Shown one piece after another: positions 10,973 to 20,190 of a stretch of DNA of 59,167 nt. How positions within the stretch are numbered: the stretch's first letter is position 1; the number at the start of each line of letters is the position of its first letter. Under the pieces are notes generated by a model. The model was not told the DNA's origin. It made no database searches and saw nothing but the letters and a program-made list of their open reading frames with translations. Made by a program: the position numbers and the translations under genes. The stretch comes from Candidatus Binatus sp. (GTDB taxonomy: Bacteria > Desulfobacterota > Binatia > Binatales > Binataceae): NCBI GenBank assembly GCA_050010075.1, contig JBEKLS010000004.1, positions 1-59,167 of the forward strand. Reading direction: 5' to 3'.

Positions 10973-13573
10973 TCAGGCGTCGATATTGAAAGCCGCCTCT
11001 GCCAGACGATCCTTCTCCGCTTGAGCGGCGGCGACTTTGCGCAGCGGCAGCAGGCCGTTACCTAGCGCCAGCAGCCCGCCCAACTGATTGAACACCATCG
11101 AATGCATCACGCCGAAGCCGGCGAAAAATGCGCCACCGATGCAGATCGCGTTCGGAATCAGAATGAGCGCCCAGCTTCGGTTGATATTACTGGCGAGGTC
11201 GCGCGAGATGTCCTGCAACTGGAGCAGCTTGGTCAGGCTGTCCTCCATGAACACGACCTGCGCCGTGTCGGTCGCGACGCTCGAGGCGCCGCGCAGCGAA
11301 ATCGAGACGTTGGCTTTTTTCAGCGCGATCGAGTCGTTGATACCGTCGCCGACGAAACAGACCTTTCTCCCTTCCCGCTGCAGCAACTCGACATACTTGG
11401 CTTTGTCCTGCGGCAGCACTTCGGCGAAGTAGCGGTCCATCCCGAGCTTCGCGGCGAGCTTGCTGGTCGGCAGATCGTGATCGCCAGAGATAATTGCCAG
11501 ATGTCTGGCGCCGCGCGCGCGCAGGCCGGCGATGACCTCCTCGGCCTCGGGGCGATTCGCGGCGATCATCTCGATCGCGCCGCCCAGCGCGTCGTCCACC
11601 CCCACCATGATCATCGAGTGGCCGTCGCCGTTGGCGTCTTCTATCTCACGCCTCAACTGGGGTGGCAGCTTGATCCCCTCATGTGTCATGAAGCGCGCGC
11701 TCCCGACCCGAACCGTGTGCCCGCCGACGCCGACGGTGATGCCGTAGCCGACTCGGTACTTCGAATCGTCGATCTCGGCCATCGGAAGTCCGAGCGCGTT
11801 GAACTTGTCGAGGATCGCTTTGGCGATCGGATGACTGAATTTATTTTCGGCCGCGGCCGCCCATTGCAGGATCTGCTGGTCGGAATAATCCCCGAAGGTG
11901 AGCACCCGCCCCACTTCAGGGCGCTCGCGGGTAAGCGTTCCGGTCTTGTCGAAGAGAAAGGTGTCGACGTTGCGCATCAACTCGAGCGCACGCCCGTCCT
12001 TCACGAGAATGCCCTGCTGAGCACACAGCGTCAGCGAGGTAAGCATCGCAGTCGGCGCGGCCACGCGAATGCCCGTTCCGAGATCGCAGTTGACGATTGC
12101 GACGGCCGCGTCAACTCCGCGGGTTACGAGGCCCAGCGCGCCGAGCGCCAGGGTAGGCACCACCGCGGTGTCCGCCAGCTCTTCACCGCGCGACTGCGAG
12201 CGCAGCTTGTAGCCCGCCGTGTCGTTGAGAATCCGCGTGAGCTTGGCCGAAGTAGTCTCCTCGCCCGCGCTCGTGACCGAAACGTAAATCTTGCCGGCCA
12301 GCGAAACCGTCGCGGCAAATACCTTGTCGCCTTTGACCTTCTCGGCAGGCGCGGATTCTCCGGTCAGGGCATGCTGATCGATCATCGCCATGCCGTCGAC
12401 AACTTCGCCGTCCACCGGCACCGTGTCGCCGGTATGAACTACGATGATGTCCTTGACCTTGAGCTGCTCGAGGGGCGTTTCCACTTCGTTGCCGTCGCGA
12501 TACAACCAGACGAATCGAGGCTGCTTGCCAAATACGTTGAGCAGCATCTTCTTCGAGTTGTCCTCGGTCTTCTGCACGAGTTTGCGTGCGACGCTCAGAC
12601 TCCAGGCCAGAACGGTGCCGGCAAATATCTGGTTGGTGGCAAGACAGGCAAGCACGACGATGGCGTCGAGCACGTCGACGCCGAGCCGCTTTTCCTTGAC
12701 CACGACGTTGTAGGCAGCCTTGAAACTCGGAATAGCCGAATAGGCAAACACCGCCGCGCTGAGCGGCGTCAGAGCGGGAACGAAGAACCGGCTGGTGGCA
12801 GCAAGGGCTAAAGACGCCGTGCAGATCGGCAAGTCGAGATCGACCGGCGTCCTTGCGACGTCCGCCGAATTGCGCACCGCACCGTCGAGGATTTCGATGA
12901 GCTGATGCTTCTGGATGTGCCGGGGATCGTAGTGGACGAGCACTGTGGCCGTGAGATCGTTGGTGAAATATCGCTCGACGCCGAGCGCGTTCATGAGCTC
13001 GCGCTCGATCGCCTCGCACAATTCACGCTTGCGGAACAAAACCGGATTGTGCAGTCGAATGCGTCCGTGAATCTCATGCTTGACGGCCCAGCCCGAAAGC
13101 CTTCGCCCGTAACGGTGCAGTCGCACGACGCGCTCTTTCGATTCGTCAAAGCCACTCGGGAAGACGAGCGGTTCCGATGTATCGGATAGCGGCTGGCCAT
13201 CGACAAGAAAGCGCGAAATTTCCTTGATCAAGCCGCGCCTGGACGCATCGTCCGCACGAAAGGAAATCTCCGCCTTGTGCCGGTCGCCGTCGATTTCGAC
13301 CTGCGTGACTTCCGGCGCAAGGAATGCCCGTTCAAAAAACTGGCGCGCTAGCGTGCTGCGTGGATCGGAAAAGAGTGACGCGCTGAAAAATCGGATTCGA
13401 TCACCGCCCGGAAACGAGATTCGCAGATCCGAACGCGCGACGGCTGCGCTGAGCGTCGTTCCGTTTCGCAGATCGGTTCGACTGGCTGACGGCTTCGTGC
13501 GAGAGCTCAATGCCGGCTTGCGGCGCGAGGAACCTCGCGTGCCACGGGTTGAAGGTATAACGAAGGAGGACAT
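10973..13573 (-). CDS. heavy-metal P1B-type ATPase, non-CPx (P1B-6/FezB-like)
   Basis: Intact TGES, DKTGTLT, SHP, SGD and GDGIND motifs. TM4 reads NCDLGTGIRVAAP instead of CPC/CPH. Two N-terminal HMA-like segments carry RIR (GDRIRF, HGRIRL) without CxxC. Confidence 0.9.
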   Translation of the reverse strand: MSSFVIPSTRGTRGSSRRKPALSSRTKPSASRTDLRNGTTLSAAVARSDLRISFPGGDRIRFFSASLFSDPRSTLARQFFERAFLAPEVTQVEIDGDRHKAEISFRADDASRRGLIKEISRFLVDGQPLSDTSEPLVFPSGFDESKERVVRLHRYGRRLSGWAVKHEIHGRIRLHNPVLFRKRELCEAIERELMNALGVERYFTNDLTATVLVHYDPRHIQKHQLIEILDGAVRNSADVARTPVDLDLPICTASLALAATSRFFVPALTPLSAAVFAYSAIPSFKAAYNVVVKEKRLGVDVLDAIVVLACLATNQIFAGTVLAWSLSVARKLVQKTEDNSKKMLLNVFGKQPRFVWLYRDGNEVETPLEQLKVKDIIVVHTGDTVPVDGEVVDGMAMIDQHALTGESAPAEKVKGDKVFAATVSLAGKIYVSVTSAGEETTSAKLTRILNDTAGYKLRSQSRGEELADTAVVPTLALGALGLVTRGVDAAVAIVNCDLGTGIRVAAPTAMLTSLTLCAQQGILVKDGRALELMRNVDTFLFDKTGTLTRERPEVGRVLTFGDYSDQQILQWAAAAENKFSHPIAKAILDKFNALGLPMAEIDDSKYRVGYGITVGVGGHTVRVGSARFMTHEGIKLPPQLRREIEDANGDGHSMIMVGVDDALGGAIEMIAANRPEAEEVIAGLRARGARHLAIISGDHDLPTSKLAAKLGMDRYFAEVLPQDKAKYVELLQREGRKVCFVGDGINDSIALKKANVSISLRGASSVATDTAQVVFMEDSLTKLLQLQDISRDLASNINRSWALILIPNAICIGGAFFAGFGVMHSMVFNQLGGLLALGNGLLPLRKVAAAQAEKDRLAEAAFNIDA

Positions 13574-13579
13574 CGGCGA

Positions 13580-13888
13580 TTACCCGCGGAACTTCGAGGC
13601 GCCGATTCGCTGGCGAGCTTTGCGCTCAGCGCGCTCATCATCGAATTGTTCCTTCCATTCAAGCGCCACTTTCGCGATCAAGACGTAGATCTCACCGAGC
13701 GCATTGCTGGCCGCATCGACGATAGGTCCAAGAGTTTGGCCAAGTTCAGCCCATGAGGTCGCGCCCGAATCAGAACCTTCGTCGACAATTTCGAACTTCC
13801 AGACCGGCGACGGCGTCTTTTTTGAACGCGTTCGTTTGCTCGGCGCAGCTGCGGAAAGGTTCGTTGCCGGTGGATTGAGCTCTGCCAT
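13580..13888 (-). CDS. small helical protein directly upstream of the P1B ATPase (DUF5132/Fez accessory-like)
   Basis: 102 aa, ends 6 bp before the ATPase start; C-terminal helix AKVALEWKEQFDDERAERKAR resembles small proteins encoded next to such ATPases. Confidence 0.6.
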   Translation of the reverse strand: MAELNPPATNLSAAAPSKRTRSKKTPSPVWKFEIVDEGSDSGATSWAELGQTLGPIVDAASNALGEIYVLIAKVALEWKEQFDDERAERKARQRIGASKFRG

Positions 13889-14069
13889 GAATTGAAGGTG
13901 AATTCTGTGTTACAGCCCGAAGTTATCGACAAGGGCCTCATCCTACGGGCAAGCGGACAAATAAGTCAAGTTTGTCGATGGAGTAATAGAGCTACGTTGA
14001 GCTTCGAGCGTTGTCAGCTTGACCCAGCGGAATTGGCGATGCTACACAGGGTCTCATAACCCAGATCGG

Positions 14070-14086
14070 TCTATAGAGTTTATCGA
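14070..14086. promoter_or_regulatory. candidate operator, copy 2 (TCTATAGAGTTTATCGA)
   Basis: Lies 32 bp before the GTG of the degenerate ATPase. A variant one base shorter (TCGATGGAGTAATAGA) is at 13975-13990. Confidence 0.5.
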
Positions 14087-14118
14087 AATATGCAATTTGC
14101 GGGCGCTGGCGACTCATA

Positions 14119-16872
14119 GTGGCTGAAATACACCCTCAAGGAAAGCGCAGCAGGAGCGCCAGCCGTGGCAGCTTTGTAAGATCAAAGACCAGAATCGCGA
14201 AAGTTGCCACACTTCCAGTTTCTCCATCCGTCGTGCGCATCGCTCCTCGGGCCGACGGGGTATCTATCTGGAGTTCCGACCTGTTCGGCGAGCCTGCGGG
14301 CTCGCATCTCCGCGAGTTTCTTTCCCGCGTCTTCAGCGTCAGCGAGGTCGCCACCGTCGAAATCCGCCGCGCCGAATCTTTCGGGCGCGTCCGTTACGAT
14401 TCATCGGCCAATCCGCCGGAAGTGTGGCTAAAGCTCAGTCGTGCCCTTGGTCAGTTCGGCGCTTCGCATCCGAGTCCGGAGGCCGATGACGCCGTGCTGA
14501 AGCCTCTGGGCGTCGAGAGTCTCTATCTCGACGGACCTCCGGAGTTGCCTATCCGGGTCGGCCGCGTCGGCAGCTCGCTATCGACCTGGCGACTGCGTTA
14601 TCAGAGCGACCACAGGATTCGTCTCACCCATCCTATCCTGCTCAACCGCAAGGATGTGGCGTATCGGCTGGAAGAGGAACTGACCGCAATCCTCGGCGTC
14701 GAGGAGTTCAGGACGAGTACGCTGACCTCGAGCGTCGCGGTCCGGTTCAATCCCGCCCTGCTGAATCCCGAGCGATTGATCCGGCAACTGGAAAAATCCT
14801 GGCCGCGATTGCTTGAAGGTCTCGAGGGCCCTCCCTCCGCCGCAAGGCTGGTTGCTGCGAGCGGCCTGCTCGGGCTTGCCTTCACCGGACAGTACCTCGT
14901 GCCGCGGCTTAAACCGCTGGCGTTGCTGGGAGTGGCCGCGTATGGCGCCGCCAACGTGAAGAACGCCGCGAAGCAACTGGCGCAATGGGAGGTTGGTCTT
15001 CCCACTCTCTATTCGGTCGGATTGGCGTTCACGCTTCTCAGCGGGATGCCATTTTCGTCCTCGGTGATGGCCGTCTTCATGCAGTTCTGGCCGCGCCTGG
15101 CGTATCAGACGATGACCAGAAGCCAACGGCGCCTATTCGCTGTCCATCGGCAGCGCGCGACTTGGGCCCGTCTGGTGCGCGACGGCGAGGAGATCGAAGT
15201 TGACCTCGACGCGTTGACGGCCGGCGACGTGATCGAGGTGGGCGAAGGCGAGACCATACCCGTTGACGGTGTGGTGACAGAGGGCCTGGCGGCCGTCGAC
15301 GAAGAGGCGCTGTCCGGCAGGGCGGGCGCCGCGGACAAGACGCCGGGCGACGCGGTCTATGCGAGCACGTTCGTTCGTCACGGACGCCTGAAGGTACGCG
15401 TCGAAAAAATCGGGAGTGACACGGTCGCCGGTTATATCGGATCGCTCTTGCCGCATTCGAAGATCGATAACCTCCTGTCCTCGGCGGAAGCCGAGCGGAT
15501 TGCAAACCGTAACGCGAGGCGCGCGCTGGCATTGGCGGGAGCCAATCTTGTGCTGCGGCGGCGGTTGCGCTCTTCGCAGGCTGTCGTTCGCCCCGACTAC
15601 GTGACGGCGCCGCGGCTCGGCGCCCAACTGGGCGCGCTGCACGATCTCGCCGACGGTCTGCGGCGGGGGATCTTTTTTCGTGATCCCACCGCTTTGGATC
15701 GGTTGCCGGCCACCGACGTTTATGTTTTCGACGAGACCGCGGCGCTCGAGCGGATGCAACTCGAAGTTGCCGATATTTTTCCCGCCCGCGACGTTTCCGT
15801 GGAGGCTGTGCTGGGTTACGCGACCGCGGCTTTCCCCGCGGGACAGAACGAACGCGCCCGCGCCTTGCAGACTCGAAGCGTCGAGCTGCGCGCGCCGATT
15901 CCGGCAATCTTCCAGCGCTCGCGCTACGCCGGCGCCATCCGCTACCTCGACAGCGGTAACCGGCTGATCGAGATTGCGGCTCCCGCCTACCTCGCGGCCG
16001 TGGGAGTCAAGGTTCCTGCGCAGCTGGCTGAGACGGTCGCCGCTTCTCCTTACGCGCACAATCCCCGGCGCGCTGGCGGCGGAAATAAATTCGTCGCGCA
16101 TGAAGAGCCGTTCCTGCGTCCACTCTGGGTTCTGCGCGACGGCGAGGTACTCGGCGCCGTCACCTTCCGCCGGGAAGGCGCACCGGAAGGGATAAAGATC
16201 ATCGCGGATCTCCAGGCGCGAAATCGCAGAGCGCGCTTCGTCTATCTTTCCAGTCAGGCGCAGGCCGCGGCCGCGGCGGTCGCCGGCAGGTTCGGATTCT
16301 CGTCGGCGTTCGGTGGTCTCGACGCCGACGACAAGGCACGCGCCATCACGAGGCTGGGCAATCGCACCATATGGATTGGCGACGGCGCCTCGCCCGAGGC
16401 AATCCCCAGCATCGAGGCGAGCACCGTCAGCGTCTCGGTCGCTGGAGTTGCGACCGCTCCTCGAGATGCGGCGGACATCGTCCTTCTGCAGCCGGGTTTG
16501 GATAACCTGGTGCCGCTGCGGAGCATCGGGCGCGACCACCGCACTCGCATCCAGGCCGACTACCGCACGGTCTATACCGCCAATCTCCTGAGCGTTGCCG
16601 GTGGATTATTCGCCGGCTTCGGCAGCCTCGAAGCAGGACTGACTTCCAACGCCGGCACCGCCTACGTTTACCTGAGGCATCGGCGACATTTGCGCGATTT
16701 GATTTCCCAGGTCGAAACGAAGAGAGCGATTCTCAAGTCGCCGGCCCGCGAGGAAAGCGAGCATACGGCCGACGCGTTGCATGCCGGGCTAGACGCTGCG
16801 GAAGAATTCGTCGCCTATCGGGAGATCGATCGGTCCGCGGAGCTCGAACGCGGGCTGCATCACGGGGTTTGA
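14119..16872 (+). CDS. degenerate P1B-type ATPase-like protein (probable pseudo-enzyme)
   Basis: Full-length 917-aa frame with P1B layout (HRIRL N-domain, GETIPVDG, TM4 RPDYVTAP), but TGES reads SGRA, DKTGT reads DETAA, the TGD region reads SSQ, and GDGxND reads GDGASP. Confidence 0.82.
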   Translation: MAEIHPQGKRSRSASRGSFVRSKTRIAKVATLPVSPSVVRIAPRADGVSIWSSDLFGEPAGSHLREFLSRVFSVSEVATVEIRRAESFGRVRYDSSANPPEVWLKLSRALGQFGASHPSPEADDAVLKPLGVESLYLDGPPELPIRVGRVGSSLSTWRLRYQSDHRIRLTHPILLNRKDVAYRLEEELTAILGVEEFRTSTLTSSVAVRFNPALLNPERLIRQLEKSWPRLLEGLEGPPSAARLVAASGLLGLAFTGQYLVPRLKPLALLGVAAYGAANVKNAAKQLAQWEVGLPTLYSVGLAFTLLSGMPFSSSVMAVFMQFWPRLAYQTMTRSQRRLFAVHRQRATWARLVRDGEEIEVDLDALTAGDVIEVGEGETIPVDGVVTEGLAAVDEEALSGRAGAADKTPGDAVYASTFVRHGRLKVRVEKIGSDTVAGYIGSLLPHSKIDNLLSSAEAERIANRNARRALALAGANLVLRRRLRSSQAVVRPDYVTAPRLGAQLGALHDLADGLRRGIFFRDPTALDRLPATDVYVFDETAALERMQLEVADIFPARDVSVEAVLGYATAAFPAGQNERARALQTRSVELRAPIPAIFQRSRYAGAIRYLDSGNRLIEIAAPAYLAAVGVKVPAQLAETVAASPYAHNPRRAGGGNKFVAHEEPFLRPLWVLRDGEVLGAVTFRREGAPEGIKIIADLQARNRRARFVYLSSQAQAAAAAVAGRFGFSSAFGGLDADDKARAITRLGNRTIWIGDGASPEAIPSIEASTVSVSVAGVATAPRDAADIVLLQPGLDNLVPLRSIGRDHRTRIQADYRTVYTANLLSVAGGLFAGFGSLEAGLTSNAGTAYVYLRHRRHLRDLISQVETKRAILKSPAREESEHTADALHAGLDAAEEFVAYREIDRSAELERGLHHGV

Positions 16873-16877
16873 GAAGC

Positions 16878-17273
16878 TCAGGCGTTGGATCGCTTGCGCC
16901 GGGCGGGTGGTGGCGACTTTCGACGGCTCGCCGCCGCTCTGGTTTTCGGTTTCCTGACGGCCACAAATTTCGCCTTCTGAAGAATTGATTCGATCTGGTC
17001 TTTGAGCTCGGCTTTCTTTTTATTCGTGAACAGAAGCCGCGCCCACAAAGGCGCCGCTGCGTACAGCTCAACCTTCGTCTCCTGAAATCTCACTTCTATC
17101 TGCACCGGCTCGGCCGCGATGTGCAGCACTTCGCCATCGTCGTCGGCCCAGTTATAGGTCACCGGCCTTGGGAAAAGCCGCGCATTCAGCACGATATGTT
17201 TCTCGACCGCCTTGCGCCGGGTCGGCGTCAGCGGGTAGTCAATCGCGAAGTCGTATATTTTTTCCTGTTTCAT
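16878..17273 (-). CDS. hypothetical protein
   Basis: 131 aa, ATGA-coupled to exoD, basic C-terminal tail; no family confidently recognised. Confidence 0.65.
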   Translation of the reverse strand: MKQEKIYDFAIDYPLTPTRRKAVEKHIVLNARLFPRPVTYNWADDDGEVLHIAAEPVQIEVRFQETKVELYAAAPLWARLLFTNKKKAELKDQIESILQKAKFVAVRKPKTRAAASRRKSPPPARRKRSNA

Positions 17274-18238
17274 CGCTGTCTCGAGTTGGCAGAGCGTTTG
17301 GTTATCGGCGACCGCGCCGGTCCTTCCACATGAGAGTGGCGGGTTGCAGGCCGCACGAGCTTCCGGCCTCGCCGCACGGTTGAACGCTTTCGTTGGAGTT
17401 TCAAGGCGGACTTAGCTGACGCTTCCGGATTCCACAACAATAGCAGCTCGGCCCATTCGAGCAGCCACAGCGTGGTCCACTGGAATCCAAATTTTTTCAG
17501 CAGCCTGGCAGCCAACTTGAGGCCGGTTCTCGCGAACCACTTGAGGCCGATCTTCTTTAGAAACTTTTTCACCCAGCCGCCGGCTATCGACCGGAGAACT
17601 TCGGCCGAGACTCCCGCGCCCGTCAGCAGCACCAGCGAGGCGATTCCGGCCACGACGCCGAGCAGGATCGCGAGGCCATCGCGCTCCACCATCCCCAGGG
17701 AAATTATGAAGATGGAGGCAGCGTGAGCTATGTTGAATCCCGCATTCGGAAAGGCGATGACGAGCGCCAGCAGGAAAACCAAAACTCCCAGCGCGCGATG
17801 CGTCGCGGGATGGCTGGCCCATCGATGCCGCGGTTTGACGGCCTTCTCCACCCGTTCCAGCACCGGAAGAATTGCGTGGATTGCGACCGTGAGCGACCGG
17901 CGCGGCACCGATCGCTGAAGAATAAACTCTGGCAGCTTGATCTCGGTCTTGCCGGCGATCATATGCCCGGCGACCAGACTCGCTGGAAGGCCGACCAGGT
18001 TGGACGTGCCCGGGACCGGCAACATTCCCGGGATCGAGAAAAACATCAGCGAAGTTCCTATGCGCCTTTCGCCGATCGCATCGACGATTTGCTGGACGGT
18101 AAAGTTCTTGACCCTGGGATTCTTGGTCAGGATTTCACGCAGCAATTGCGAGGTGCGAGTCGCCGGAAATTCCGGAAGGTCAGCGGCCGAACGAACTGCG
18201 ATTGTTGGTTTTGTCAGAGCCGTGAGCGTTTTCCTCAT
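17270..18238 (-). CDS. exoD: ExoD family membrane protein with extended basic amphipathic C-terminus
   Basis: TSQLL...TVQQIVDAIGER, LPVPG, LPEFILQRSV and ERDGL motifs typical of ExoD; GGAAGGA RBS-like sequence upstream. Confidence 0.8.
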   Translation of the reverse strand: MRKTLTALTKPTIAVRSAADLPEFPATRTSQLLREILTKNPRVKNFTVQQIVDAIGERRIGTSLMFFSIPGMLPVPGTSNLVGLPASLVAGHMIAGKTEIKLPEFILQRSVPRRSLTVAIHAILPVLERVEKAVKPRHRWASHPATHRALGVLVFLLALVIAFPNAGFNIAHAASIFIISLGMVERDGLAILLGVVAGIASLVLLTGAGVSAEVLRSIAGGWVKKFLKKIGLKWFARTGLKLAARLLKKFGFQWTTLWLLEWAELLLLWNPEASAKSALKLQRKRSTVRRGRKLVRPATRHSHVEGPARSPITKRSANSRQR

Positions 18239-18437
18239 CCTTCCCCCACAACCTCTACAACGCTGATGGCGGCGAAAGAGCCGCCGCGGTCAAGCCGGTC
18301 CGCGACCTGTTTGGCCGTGGAGCCGGACTCCATATGCGTTGATCTCAATTTCCTATAACCCGCGACACAGATTAATGTGTAATTTGCATGACGTTTTTAT
18401 GATGTTTAGGTTGACTCTCCGCAAGAATTCGATATTG

Positions 18438-18454
18438 TCTATCGACTTTATGGA
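18438..18454. promoter_or_regulatory. candidate operator, copy 3 (TCTATCGACTTTATGGA)
   Basis: In the AT-rich exoD/APC divergent intergenic region; same TC[CT]AT-N7-[AC]T[CG]GA pattern as copies 1 and 2. Confidence 0.5.
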
Positions 18455-18583
18455 GATAGTCATAATTTAAGCCTCGGTCCGTGTCAAATGTAACCTTGAG
18501 AAGTCTCGCGATGCCTGGGTGCTAGGTCCTCGCTAGCGTTCCACTAATAAAGCCAGCAAAATCATCAAACTAGTCGGAATATA

Positions 18584-20083
18584 ATGCTCTCAGAAGACAA
18601 CCATGAGAATTTCGTCCTCGTCGGAGAACAGCGGATTGCGCCGCGCGAACTGAGGCGCGACTGCCTTTCCTATATGGAGGTGCTGGCCCAGTCGGTTGCA
18701 GTCATTGCCCCTTCCACAGTCCCGGCCGCGATCCTCGGATTGATTTTCGCGATGGCAGGGAACGGTACGTGGCTGAGTTTCCTGCTTGGAATGATCGGAC
18801 TGGTGTTCGTCAGTTCCAATATCAATCAGTTCGCCCGGCGCTCTGCATCACCGGGTTCGCTCTACACCTACATTGTCAGAGGACTTGGACCTACGGCGGG
18901 CGTGCTCGGCGGATGGGCCTTGTTGTTCGGGTACATGCTCACAGGGATATCGACGCTGTGCGGCTTCGGGATCATAGCCGACGTGCTGCTGGGGCAAATC
19001 GGAATTCATCCGCATATGCTGACGTTGTTTGCGATGGGTACGATTGCGGCATTCTGCATCGCATACCGCGATATTCAACTCTCCGCCAAGATGATGCTGG
19101 TGTGCGAGGGGGCTGCGCTTATCGCGATTCTGATACTGGGTGTTCTCATCTGGGAGCACAAAGGCTTCGCCATCGACAGGAGCCAGCTCACGTTGACCGG
19201 CACGAAGCCGGGCGGGGTGCTGATGGGCATCGTGCTCGTCGTCTTCGGCTTTTCCGGCTTCGAGAGTTCGACCTCGCTGGGTGAGGAGGCAAAAGACCCG
19301 TTGCGGACGATCCCGCGCTCCGTGATCCAGAGCGTAGTTGTTACCGGGCTCGTGTTCATTTTCATGGCGTACGTGGTCGTCCTCGGGTTCAAAGGCTCGT
19401 CGGCCGCGCTTGCAACCACGGAAGCGCCGCTCAACTTTCTCGCTAACGCGATCGGATGGGGGTTTCTCGGTCTGATCATCAATATCGGCGTGCTCTTGAG
19501 CTTTTTCTCCTGCACGCTCGCCTGCATCAACTCGACCGCGCGGATTGTCTTCTCGATGTCGCGGCATGGCCTGTTCTTTGAGGCGCTCGGCGAAGCTCAC
19601 GAGAAAAATGAAACGCCTTACATCGCGGTCGGCCTCGCCGCGCTGGTCACATTTTTGATTCCCGCAAGCTTCTATCTATTCGGAGTCAGCGCATTTGACG
19701 GCCAGGGTTACTTTGGCACGCTCAGCAGCATGGGCTTTCTGGTGGTGTACATACTGATCTCGATTGCCGCTCCGATGTACCTGCGAAGCCTTGGCAAGTT
19801 GAACATCGCAGCGGTGCTCTATTCCATTTTGGGTACCGGCTTCATGATACTGCCCTTTCTCGGGATGGTTGGCGTACCTGGGAGCACGCTGTTTCCCGTC
19901 CCTGCGTTCCCGAACAACATTCTGGTCTGGCTGTTTGTTGCTTACATGGCGATTGGCTTGGTGTGGCTGCTTTTTCAGAGAGCACGCCATCCCAAAATGA
20001 TGCCTACGATGAGAGTCGCGATCGAAAACGTCGAGCTTGAATTCGCTAACGCGGCGAGTGTTACGAAGAGGTCCGTCCCGTGA
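18584..20083 (+). CDS. APC family amino acid/amine permease
   Basis: About 12 TM segments; LAQSVAVIAP, SPGSLYTY, GFSGFES, GEEAKDP and ARIVFSMSRHG motifs. Confidence 0.9.
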   Translation: MLSEDNHENFVLVGEQRIAPRELRRDCLSYMEVLAQSVAVIAPSTVPAAILGLIFAMAGNGTWLSFLLGMIGLVFVSSNINQFARRSASPGSLYTYIVRGLGPTAGVLGGWALLFGYMLTGISTLCGFGIIADVLLGQIGIHPHMLTLFAMGTIAAFCIAYRDIQLSAKMMLVCEGAALIAILILGVLIWEHKGFAIDRSQLTLTGTKPGGVLMGIVLVVFGFSGFESSTSLGEEAKDPLRTIPRSVIQSVVVTGLVFIFMAYVVVLGFKGSSAALATTEAPLNFLANAIGWGFLGLIINIGVLLSFFSCTLACINSTARIVFSMSRHGLFFEALGEAHEKNETPYIAVGLAALVTFLIPASFYLFGVSAFDGQGYFGTLSSMGFLVVYILISIAAPMYLRSLGKLNIAAVLYSILGTGFMILPFLGMVGVPGSTLFPVPAFPNNILVWLFVAYMAIGLVWLLFQRARHPKMMPTMRVAIENVELEFANAASVTKRSVP

Positions 20084-20190
20084 CGCAACGTAAGACCCCG
20101 TAATTATCCGCGAGACGATAAGAGTGGCAGTTAAACAATGGCGATGGTGTCGAATCGCCCCTAATTCAATCAAGCAATGAGGTTGCGCAA

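Noticed and set aside
13889-14118. Fur box in the divergent ATPase promoter, expected for classical fez clusters
   Set aside because: No convincing match to GATAATGATAATCATTATC by eye; a different dyad motif is present instead.
2754-16539. Long opposite-strand ORFs (2754-4325 +, 7317-8855 +, 8813-9952 +, 11102-12811 +, 15133-16539 -)
   Set aside because: Antisense shadows of well-supported genes in high-GC DNA; they are Arg/His/Gln-rich with no motifs.
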